Source: a virus (Duplodnaviria; Caudoviricetes). Taken from it: a stretch of DNA of 34,959 bases. The stretch lies in the IMG/VR virus record IMGVR_UViG_3300008255_000082, positions 1 to 34,959 of that record; one strand, written 5' to 3'. The position numbers and the translations under genes are program-made. The notes beneath the pieces are model-generated. The model was not told the DNA's origin. It did no database searches and was given only the letters and a program-made list of their open reading frames with translations. Numbering within the stretch: the first letter of the stretch is position 1; the number at the start of each line of letters is the position of its first letter. Shown one piece after another: positions 26,195-34,374 of this stretch.

Positions 26195-26215
26195 ATCGCA
26201 GATATTAATCGCAAT
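26099..26215. other. Branched hairpin element B (attC-like)
   Basis: Same architecture as element A with different stem sequences. Confidence 0.75.
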
Positions 26216-26290
26216 AAAGGAGAGTGCTTGTAAGATGGAAAATAGTAGGGGATAAAAAAATTCCGTTGGAAGATTTAGAAGAGGTGAAGG

Positions 26291-26947
26291 ATGGAAGTTA
26301 GGATGGTGAGTTTGGATAGTATTAAGCCGTATTGGAGGAATCCTAGAAAGGGTGATAAGGCTATTGAAGCGGTTAAGGAGAGTGTTTCTTGTTATGGTGT
26401 TCGTCAGCCTGTTGTTGTTGATAAGGCTGGTGTGATCGTGGTTGGTCATACGAGGTATAAGGCTTTAGTGCAGTTGCGTGGTAAGCTTTCTAAACGGTTG
26501 GAGAGCCTTAGTAAGGAGATTAAGGTTTCAAAGGATGAAACGGTTAAGGAGGATTTGATTGGTTTAAGAGCGAATCTTATAAGTGTGAATGAGGGGTTGG
26601 TTCCGGTTCATGAGGCGGTAGGTCTGAGTGATAAGATGGCAAAGAAGTACAGGATAGACGACAACACCACCGGTGAACTGAGCGAATGGGATTTTGCCAA
26701 GTTAGAGATGGAAATCCGTGAAACAGGAGAACCAATAGGTTTTAAAGAGTTAAATTTTGAGAAAAACTTCAAAGAAAGAGGCATAAATTACCCCGGCACG
26801 ACCAATAATGAAGAGTTTCAGAAGGAAATAGCCAAAAACCAGAACAGATTCAAAGGGTTAATCGACGCAAAACAAGAAAGTCTCATATATATCACCTGTC
26901 CACACTGCAAAGAAGACTTCAGCGTTAGCAGAAACGAAATAAAATAA
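26291..26947 (+). CDS. ParB/Srx-like domain protein with C-terminal zinc ribbon
   Basis: IKPYWRNPR, QPVVVD..GVIVVGHTRYKA, YRIDDN, CPHC. Confidence 0.88.
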   Translation: MEVRMVSLDSIKPYWRNPRKGDKAIEAVKESVSCYGVRQPVVVDKAGVIVVGHTRYKALVQLRGKLSKRLESLSKEIKVSKDETVKEDLIGLRANLISVNEGLVPVHEAVGLSDKMAKKYRIDDNTTGELSEWDFAKLEMEIRETGEPIGFKELNFEKNFKERGINYPGTTNNEEFQKEIAKNQNRFKGLIDAKQESLIYITCPHCKEDFSVSRNEIK

Positions 26948-26964
26948 ACAGAAGGTAACATCCA

Positions 26965-27330
26965 ATGGCAAAACTAAGTAAGGAAAAGGTTAGAAACGCT
27001 ATACCGGGCACTGCTGGTATAATTACGACAATAGCGATGAATGCTGGTGTGAGTCGTAAGAGTTTGTATGCTTATTTGAAGAAGCATTCGGAGTTGTGGG
27101 GTGATATTGATGAGGAGAAGGCTAAGGTTGTGGATCTTGCGGAGAATCGTTTGGTGAAGCGTATTGAGCGTGATGATTGGAAGGCGGTTAGTTATATGTT
27201 GGATAAGAAGGGTGGTGATCGGGGGTATGGTGATCGTCAGGTTGTTGAGGCTCGTGTTGGTGGTTTGGGTGTTTCTGATTTGGTTTCTGTGTTTGAGGAG
27301 GCTAAGCGTTTGCGTGAGGGTGGTGAGTGA
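26965..27330 (+). CDS. terS: Putative terminase small subunit
   Basis: HTH (AMNAGVSRKSLYAYL), DLAE..L and KG.DRGY motifs; directly upstream of terL. Confidence 0.7.
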   Translation: MAKLSKEKVRNAIPGTAGIITTIAMNAGVSRKSLYAYLKKHSELWGDIDEEKAKVVDLAENRLVKRIERDDWKAVSYMLDKKGGDRGYGDRQVVEARVGGLGVSDLVSVFEEAKRLREGGE

Positions 27331-27461
27331 TGTTTAGGTGGTTTTTTGGTGGGTTCTTGTGTTTTTCGGGATTATACCACAATTAGCCCTTTTTTATTTC
27401 CTAAAATCCAATATTAGTATAGGGGTTTGGTATGTTTTCCCTAGTGCATAAACAACAATAA

Positions 27462-29015
27462 ATGAATGAAAGTCTTATGGAATATCGTCAAGAAATAATA
27501 AAATTATGCCAGAATCCCGACGTTTATGATATTCAAGCATTAGTAAAACACATATGGCCAACACTCAAACCTTGCAAAAACCTCACAAAAAAACAAGCAG
27601 AAATAATCAAAAACATAGTATTCAGCAACAACCGAAGAATTAACATAACAGCATACACAAGATACGGTAAAACCCAAACAGTAGCGATAAGCGTAGCACT
27701 ATACCTTCTATTCAACGAAAACAAAAAAATCAGATTCATAGGACCCACAGCAGAAAAAGCCAAAATAATCAAAGACTACATGAGCGACCTAATACTACAT
27801 TCTAGAAACAACATACTACTAAACATTACAGAAATAGATGCAAAAGGTCCTCAACGCATAAAAGCAGAAACTAGCCAAAACCGCCTCACATTCAAAAACG
27901 GATGCGAATACAGCGTAGTAAGCGCACACGGAGGCGGATTCGCCGCCATGGGTAAAGGGGGAGACCTGATTATCATGGATGAAGCTGCCGAGATTACAAG
28001 AGAAGCATACGCGAAGATTACTCGAATGCTTGGAGATGATCCAGAAAACTCCTGTTTCGTAGAAATTTATAACCCTTGGAACCGGGATACTAAAGCGTTC
28101 GATCATAGTGTTGATCCAACATATATCCATATTGCAATAGACTGGCGTGTTGGTGTTCAAGAAGGACGTACCACAGAGGATTTTATTGAAGAGCAAAAGC
28201 GTGAGATAACACCTTTAGAATTTACAGTCTTGTATGAGTCTAAATTCCCTGACCAAACGGAAGATTCACTGCACTATTTAGAGCATATTAGCGAAGCTGA
28301 AAATATTAACTATCGCCTGTTGGAAACTTTTGAAGATCTTAAGAGAAAATTGGAAGATTTGGAAGGTGATAAGCTTAGAATGTCAGAAAGTAAGTACCGT
28401 ACCGAAACGGGTTCTATTCGTGAGGAGTTAGCACGTTATGTTAAGGTTGTTGCTTGTGATCCAGCTGATAAAGGTCTTGACTATTCTGTAATACTGTGGG
28501 GTGTTATGAAGGACAAGCAGGTTTATGAAGTGTGCGGTATGTATAGTGAGGCGCAAAGTGAGCAGATGGAACTTGTTGGAAGAGTGATGCGTATAGCTCA
28601 AGACTTTATTGGCGGTGATCGTGGGGAGGTTAGATGGGATAACGTTGGTATTGGAATTGGTGCGTTAAGCCGTTGTCGTGAGATAAAAAACGAAAAGGGT
28701 TTGAGCAACGTGCGTGTTATTGGTTGTGGTTACGGGGAGAAAGCTGTTAAAGATTTGGAATTTATGAATAAAAAGGCGGAGAACAATTTTAGGCTTAAGC
28801 ACTTGTTCTCAGACAGGCAAGTGAGTCTTCATAAAGTGGTAAGTTTGAAGGATTATCGTAGGCTGAAGAATGAGTTAATGAATATGCGTTGGGATATTAC
28901 AAGTGGCGGCAAAAAACGTGTGATTGATCCAAAGGATAAAAGTCCTGATTTTAATGATGCTTTGGTGTATTTCGTGTGGGATGATCGTAAAGAGTTGGCA
29001 TTTGCGTTCTTGTAA
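27462..29015 (+). CDS. terL: Terminase large subunit
   Basis: Walker A TRYGKT, Walker B LIIMDEA, nuclease ACDPADKGLD and SPDFNDAL. Confidence 0.95.
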   Translation: MNESLMEYRQEIIKLCQNPDVYDIQALVKHIWPTLKPCKNLTKKQAEIIKNIVFSNNRRINITAYTRYGKTQTVAISVALYLLFNENKKIRFIGPTAEKAKIIKDYMSDLILHSRNNILLNITEIDAKGPQRIKAETSQNRLTFKNGCEYSVVSAHGGGFAAMGKGGDLIIMDEAAEITREAYAKITRMLGDDPENSCFVEIYNPWNRDTKAFDHSVDPTYIHIAIDWRVGVQEGRTTEDFIEEQKREITPLEFTVLYESKFPDQTEDSLHYLEHISEAENINYRLLETFEDLKRKLEDLEGDKLRMSESKYRTETGSIREELARYVKVVACDPADKGLDYSVILWGVMKDKQVYEVCGMYSEAQSEQMELVGRVMRIAQDFIGGDRGEVRWDNVGIGIGALSRCREIKNEKGLSNVRVIGCGYGEKAVKDLEFMNKKAENNFRLKHLFSDRQVSLHKVVSLKDYRRLKNELMNMRWDITSGGKKRVIDPKDKSPDFNDALVYFVWDDRKELAFAFL

Positions 29016-29048
29016 TATGATCATTGGAGTTTCTGAAAGTTTAAAAAT
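29016..29048 (+). promoter_or_regulatory. Late promoter module (28 bp identical to 31531..31558, then TATA)
   Basis: TATGATCATTGGAGTTTCTGAAAGTTTA+AAAAT. Confidence 0.75.
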
Positions 29049-29147
29049 AGAATGTTACCTTGTTTCTAAGGATCTCAAAATACTTTATTCATGGAATTCA
29101 GCAGTCTTAAGCAACCTTGAACGCTAAATTAAGGTTGAATCATTATC

Positions 29148-31535
29148 ATGGTTTGGAACCCTTTTAAAGAAAAGAAAAACGTACCTTTTATCGGTATGCT
29201 AGATGAGACTACACGAGAAGGTCTTAATAAAGCGTTTATTCCGCAATTTCTGTATAAACCGCCTTTTGGGTATCCAAGATTTAGCAACCTTCCATACGTT
29301 AGGTATCTTGCAGCTACTCCTTATGTTGAGATGTGTATTGATACGTTACTCAATGGTGTGATGAGTGTCGAATGGGTGATATTGCCTAATCCGGATGTTG
29401 AAGAAAACGTGTATTACGACGAAAAGGGAGATTTTAGGAAGGATGTACGGAACGAGATAAGTCATATTAAGAGTTTTCTGGAGAATCCTAATACGAATAA
29501 AGAGACTTTTGAGGATGTTTTTGTTAAACAAGCGTTACGTGACGTTCTTGAAGTGAACACTGGAATTTTGAACAAAGTATTTAATCTTAAGCAGGAGATG
29601 GTGGAAGTCGTTGCGAGGGATGGTATCTCTTTTACAAAGAACCCTGATATTCATGGGATGTACACGAATAGGAAGGACATTTTGATTTCTAAGGAGATAA
29701 CAGATGTTGAACCTGTACAAAACCCTTTCCAGCAGATTAATCAGCGTTTGGTAACTGAGGAAGCTGCGTACTTCCAGTATGGTTGGATTGCCGGGCCAAT
29801 GCCTGTACCTTTTGGTAAGCGTGAGATTATTTGGTTGCAGAAGATGTTGCGTAGTAATGACATATATGGTTATAGTCCTGTTCAGTATTTGGCTAAAGCG
29901 TTGCAGATGTTGTTGTATCATATTGAGAGTGATCTTGAGTATTTTAATGATAATAACATTCCTAAAGGTATTATTGGTTTGGATGCTAGTGATACGGATG
30001 AGATTAAGGCGTTTCGTGATCAGTGGAATGAGATGCAGATTAAGAAGGATGAGTTTGGTAATAATAAAAAGATTATGAATAAAGTTCCGATTATGAATTA
30101 TATTCCTAAGTTTGAACGTATAGAGTTTTCTAGTAGTGAGATTCAGATGATTGAGAAGCAAAAGTGGTATTCTAAGATGGTTTGGGCAGCGTTTGGTGTT
30201 ACTGCTACGGAGTTAGGTTATACTGAGGATGCGGCTGGTATGGCTAATCAAATTGTTCAGAGTAAGGTGTTTCGTAAGAAGGGTGTTAATCCGTTGTTGA
30301 GGATGTTGGAACAGGCGATTAATAAGGAGGTTTTGCCAGAGTTTAAGTATAGTGTGAGTATTAGTTCTGGTAGTCGTGAGTTGGCGTTGCCTAAGTACGT
30401 TTTTAGGTATTCTATGTTTGATATTGATGAGGAGAAGAGTAAGTATGAGTTGTATAAGTTGCAGACGGAGAATGGTTTGAGGACGGTTAATGAGGTTCGT
30501 GAGGAGGATGGTCTTGATCCTGTGAGTTGGGGTGATGAGCCTCCTAGGAGTTTTTTGGCTGGTGGTAGTAGTTTTAGTTTTGGTGATAGTTTTGGTGATA
30601 AAGATTCTAACTCCCGTACTAATGTGAATACTAGTAAAGTTCCTAATACTCGAAATCCTCAGAAGGATAATGAGAAGGTTTCAAAAGAGGTTTCTGGGAA
30701 AGGCGAGGGAAAAGCTCAGAGTGTTGATACGCCACTAGTTCTTAAGGAGAATGAGCGTTTAGATAGCGAAAGGTTGATTAAAGCTTTGAAATCTTTATTG
30801 GAGGACAGTAGGAATTCTATTCTTAAGGTGTTGAAGGAAGAAATGCGACCTGATGTTTTAAAGCAGGTTAAAAACGCTGATGAGTTCGATTTCGATAAAG
30901 TGGAGATTAAAAGTTTGTCTGATTTGATTGAACGTGTTAAGGGTTTTGTTCAGCTTGATCGTGTTAAAAGTGTGTTGTTCGGGGTGATTCGAGCTTATTT
31001 CTTGAAAGGTTCTGAAGAGGCAGAGTTACGGATTAATGATATTCAACCGTTTAATTATTCCCCGGATAGTAAAGCTATTGATTACATTAGTAACTACACG
31101 TTTGAGAATGTTAAGGGTATGAATGATGAAATCTCGGAGGATCTTCGTCGTGAATTCAAAATCGGACTTATGAATGGTGAAGGTCTTGATAAACTTCGTG
31201 ATCGTGTGATGAAAGTTTTTGACGTTTCAAAAAATAGGAGTGAAACTATTGTGAGAACTGAGGTTAATCGTGCTTATTCTCATGGGAAATATCAGGCTTA
31301 CAAGCAGAGTGGTGTTAAGGCTAGAAAGTGGTTGTTGTGGACTAATGATCATCGGACCAGTGAGATAACTAAGGCGTTACACGCTAAGTATGGTAGTTCC
31401 GAGAAGAGTATTCCTTTAGATGAGAATTTTAAGGTTACGGTTACTGTCGGTAAAAAGCAGGTTGTCATTGACCAATTAGTTGGTCCGTTCCATCCGAATG
31501 AGCGTGATGATCTGATTATTGAACCTTTTTTATGA
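29148..31535 (+). CDS. Portal protein fused to MuF/SPP1 gp7-like minor head domain
   Basis: Portal motifs YGYSPV, P.GII, AFGV..ELG and TVNEVR..GL.P; C-terminal ETIVRTE...FHPNER. Confidence 0.9.
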   Translation: MVWNPFKEKKNVPFIGMLDETTREGLNKAFIPQFLYKPPFGYPRFSNLPYVRYLAATPYVEMCIDTLLNGVMSVEWVILPNPDVEENVYYDEKGDFRKDVRNEISHIKSFLENPNTNKETFEDVFVKQALRDVLEVNTGILNKVFNLKQEMVEVVARDGISFTKNPDIHGMYTNRKDILISKEITDVEPVQNPFQQINQRLVTEEAAYFQYGWIAGPMPVPFGKREIIWLQKMLRSNDIYGYSPVQYLAKALQMLLYHIESDLEYFNDNNIPKGIIGLDASDTDEIKAFRDQWNEMQIKKDEFGNNKKIMNKVPIMNYIPKFERIEFSSSEIQMIEKQKWYSKMVWAAFGVTATELGYTEDAAGMANQIVQSKVFRKKGVNPLLRMLEQAINKEVLPEFKYSVSISSGSRELALPKYVFRYSMFDIDEEKSKYELYKLQTENGLRTVNEVREEDGLDPVSWGDEPPRSFLAGGSSFSFGDSFGDKDSNSRTNVNTSKVPNTRNPQKDNEKVSKEVSGKGEGKAQSVDTPLVLKENERLDSERLIKALKSLLEDSRNSILKVLKEEMRPDVLKQVKNADEFDFDKVEIKSLSDLIERVKGFVQLDRVKSVLFGVIRAYFLKGSEEAELRINDIQPFNYSPDSKAIDYISNYTFENVKGMNDEISEDLRREFKIGLMNGEGLDKLRDRVMKVFDVSKNRSETIVRTEVNRAYSHGKYQAYKQSGVKARKWLLWTNDHRTSEITKALHAKYGSSEKSIPLDENFKVTVTVGKKQVVIDQLVGPFHPNERDDLIIEPFL

Positions 31536-31562
31536 TCATTGGAGTTTCTGAAAGTTTATAAG
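31531..31562 (+). promoter_or_regulatory. Late promoter module, copy 2
   Basis: Same 28 bp followed by TAAG; about 30 nt before the protease ATG. Confidence 0.75.
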
Positions 31563-31589
31563 TTTATTACGTTGGGATTATAGTTTGAT

Positions 31590-32741
31590 ATGGCTAATAA
31601 ACCGTTTGTGTATTATCAGAACATTGTTGAATCTAAGAGTTACTATGACGAAAGTCTCAAGCGTAAAAGATATTTTATTAAAGGTTACTCTGCAACTGGG
31701 GATCTTGATCTTGTAAATGACATTGTTACAAATAACTGCCTGAACCACATGGGTGGCCAGTTTGAAAATCGTAATATCAAGCTGGATCTTGACCATGAGA
31801 CGTTGCTTAAGACGAAGGGTGGAGATTCTGATGATTCTAAGCTTAACCTTGTTCGTGAACCTCTTGGGAAAGCTGTTAGTTATTCAGTAGATTCTAAAGG
31901 GTGTATGGTGGAGTGGGAGCTTAATCCTAATTATGTTAAGGTTGATTCTAAGGGTGATATAGTTAAGACTTTTGGACAAGTGTGGGATAGCATACAAGAG
32001 AAGTATTATGATGCGTTTAGTATTGCGTACATTCCGACAAAGGCTTCGTATAAGATGGTGGGTGATAAGCAGGTTCGTATGCTTGATGAGTTGAACCTTA
32101 TTAACGTGGGACTCACTGGAAACCCTATTAATCCTGAAACTAGTATGGTGAGTGTTATGGCTAAGAGTTTGAAATGGTTAAAAGATAATAGTGGGTGCGT
32201 TAATCGTAAGGGTTATGAGAAGGATGGTGCTCATGCACACACAGAAAACTCTCCTCTTGGGGAGCATAACCATCCAGAGTTAGAACGTGTATTAGAATCT
32301 ATTTGGGATCGGTTATATGATCTTGAACGTAGAGAACCAGATAAAAGCCCTACATCATTTGATGGGAAGGCAATAAAGGAGAAAGGTGATATTACTATGG
32401 CAGAAAAAGAAAACAAACCTGCGCAAGAACAAGTACAACCTAGTTCTGAAGCAGAAAATAAACCGGAATCACAACAGGAAGGAAGTAGTGAGGCACAACC
32501 TGAAAGTTCGCCTTCTAGTCCTGCATCTGACAGTGCGGAAGGTAAAAGTGTAGACATGAAGGCTTTTGCAGAGTTTAAATCTCAGATTGTAAATATTGGA
32601 TCTGAGTTGAAGAATAATACAGAGGCTATTGCAGAGATTAACAAGGTACTTGCTAAGGCTATACCTAGTGGCAGAGGCGCAGAACGCGCTGATGTAAAAG
32701 CAGAAACGAAAGGTCAGGATAACATTCTTGACTTTATATAG
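31590..32741 (+). CDS. Prohead protease with scaffold extension
   Basis: IKGYSAT..DLVNDIV, catalytic H (DLDHE) and S (AFSI), P.NP; low-complexity C-terminus. Confidence 0.88.
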   Translation: MANKPFVYYQNIVESKSYYDESLKRKRYFIKGYSATGDLDLVNDIVTNNCLNHMGGQFENRNIKLDLDHETLLKTKGGDSDDSKLNLVREPLGKAVSYSVDSKGCMVEWELNPNYVKVDSKGDIVKTFGQVWDSIQEKYYDAFSIAYIPTKASYKMVGDKQVRMLDELNLINVGLTGNPINPETSMVSVMAKSLKWLKDNSGCVNRKGYEKDGAHAHTENSPLGEHNHPELERVLESIWDRLYDLERREPDKSPTSFDGKAIKEKGDITMAEKENKPAQEQVQPSSEAENKPESQQEGSSEAQPESSPSSPASDSAEGKSVDMKAFAEFKSQIVNIGSELKNNTEAIAEINKVLAKAIPSGRGAERADVKAETKGQDNILDFI

Positions 32742-32753
32742 AGGTGATGAGAA

Positions 32754-33911
32754 ATGATGGAAGCAGTAACAGGTGATATTAAATCAGATATGTCACGTAC
32801 AGGTTTTACTCAAAATTCAGCGTATGAACACTCTTTTGGTATTTTAGCGAATGAGACTCCATACGTGAACGGTTGGAAGAGTATCGACCACCGTGGATTA
32901 TTAAATCAGAAAGCGAGTGCGGGTTTTAACCGAGTTCGACAGAAAGCATTAGGGCCAGAGACAGGAGGTGCAGGAACCGCAGGTTTTGCACTTGTTCCTA
33001 TTTATGTTGATCCTAGAATTGTGGATCGAAGTCGTAAATATACTCCTCTCGTAGAACTTATTCCAAGGGTTACAAATAGGGGTTTGACTGCGGATTATAA
33101 TGTTATTACCGCTAAGGGTGCTGCATATACAGCAAATGCTGATTCTGCACTACCAGAGGCAGATGATACTTATGACAGAGTATCACAGAGTATTAAGTTC
33201 CTATATAGTGTTGGTCGGGTTCTTGGTCCAGCTATGGCTGCGATTCCTTCCTACATAATGGAAGGTTTTAATCCCTCTGGTGCAGGTAATGTTGGTGGTA
33301 GTGTGTTTTCAGCGGTTAGTGTTCCAAATGCTAAACAGCAAGAGGTACTGTTAAAGGCTCGTGCTATGAAGGAGTTAGAGGAAAATCTTATCTTAAATGG
33401 TAATGCTTCTACTGATGCTACACAGTTTAATGGTATCATTCAACAGCAAAGCACTACGAATCAGAATGATCTGTCTAGTGCTGCATTAACATGGGATGAT
33501 GTTGAAGAGACTGTGCAGTCTGCTTATGATGATGGTGGTCGTCCTAGCTTGGCTGTTGGAAGTTCTAGTGTGATTACTGATCTTCGTAAGATCATGGTGG
33601 CCACTTTCCGTTATAGCCCGGATCAGCTTGTTGCAGGTGCGAGTTTACCATTTGGAGTACCTCCACAGCTTGTGCTTCAAACTATGGTGGGAGCTATACC
33701 TTGCATTCCAAGTATGTACTTATCGAATGCTTCAGGCTCTAAACAGCTATGGTTCCTTGATACGGACTATATAGAGATGCGAGTGTTACAAGATCTCACG
33801 TTTGAAGATTTGGCAAAGACCAACGACAGTAGCAAGTTCATGCTTAAGATTTATGAATGTCTTATAGTTCGTGCTCCGTCGTTTAATGCGTATATTGATA
33901 ATATCGCATGA
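32754..33911 (+). CDS. Major capsid protein (HK97 fold)
   Basis: Follows the protease; TPLVELIPR, LEENLILNG, FNGI, EDLAKT.DS.K patterns; GAGGTGA RBS. Confidence 0.92.
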   Translation: MMEAVTGDIKSDMSRTGFTQNSAYEHSFGILANETPYVNGWKSIDHRGLLNQKASAGFNRVRQKALGPETGGAGTAGFALVPIYVDPRIVDRSRKYTPLVELIPRVTNRGLTADYNVITAKGAAYTANADSALPEADDTYDRVSQSIKFLYSVGRVLGPAMAAIPSYIMEGFNPSGAGNVGGSVFSAVSVPNAKQQEVLLKARAMKELEENLILNGNASTDATQFNGIIQQQSTTNQNDLSSAALTWDDVEETVQSAYDDGGRPSLAVGSSSVITDLRKIMVATFRYSPDQLVAGASLPFGVPPQLVLQTMVGAIPCIPSMYLSNASGSKQLWFLDTDYIEMRVLQDLTFEDLAKTNDSSKFMLKIYECLIVRAPSFNAYIDNIA

Positions 33912-33929
33912 AATTGGAGGTATGATAGA

Positions 33930-34262
33930 ATGGCATTATTAGTGGAAGGTACAGGTTATGAGGTTGTAGGGAACCAAGTTGGTCCTATTTACAACACGAT
34001 CCTTATAAGAACGATTAACACTGCAAATAATGGTGATACGCTCACTGTTGATCTTACTAAGTATGGTGGTCATGTGTCCGGTCTGATGGGTGTTCTTGGT
34101 TGGGAGCATACTACTGATAACTCGGTAGTAGTGCAGACGCAACCTACTACATCTGTAACTACAGGGACTCTAACTTTAACAATCGGCGGATTGAATAGTA
34201 ATAACCCTTTCTTCTTTGAGGTGAAGGTTATGCACAAAGCTGCAGGTGGTTCCTCGTTGTAA
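33930..34262 (+). CDS. Putative capsid decoration protein
   Basis: Small beta-rich protein co-transcribed with the MCP; GGAGGT RBS. Confidence 0.6.
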   Translation: MALLVEGTGYEVVGNQVGPIYNTILIRTINTANNGDTLTVDLTKYGGHVSGLMGVLGWEHTTDNSVVVQTQPTTSVTTGTLTLTIGGLNSNNPFFFEVKVMHKAAGGSSL

Positions 34263-34278
34263 GTGTGAAGTTCAAAAC

Positions 34279-34302
34279 TTTTTTTTATCCTTTTTAATTT
34301 TT
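34279..34302 (+). terminator. Oligo-T terminator after the capsid genes
   Basis: Three consecutive T-runs. Confidence 0.5.
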
Positions 34303-34374
34303 GTAAGGGATATGGCACTGCCGAGATAAAGACTCGAATGTGCAAGTAAAAAACGAGATAAAAGGGGATATACT

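Larger units (their letters stand above)
23320..26215 (+). mobile_element. Putative integron-like gene-cassette array without integrase
   Basis: A-rich island; six (G/A)TTAA-N4-AAT cores, each just before a start codon; two covarying branched hairpins; 81-bp direct repeat. Confidence 0.6.

Noticed and set aside
27330-27386. Tiny ORF between terS and terL
   Set aside because: Only 18 codons of low-complexity G/T sequence; the interval is more plausibly a packaging or regulatory site.
2768-34345. Numerous minus-strand and alternate-frame ORFs (e.g. 7244..7843, 8539..9063, 16452..16823, 29535..30161)
   Set aside because: Thr/Ile/Asn/His-rich shadows of G/T-biased sense codons; they overlap convincing + genes and lack RBS or motifs.
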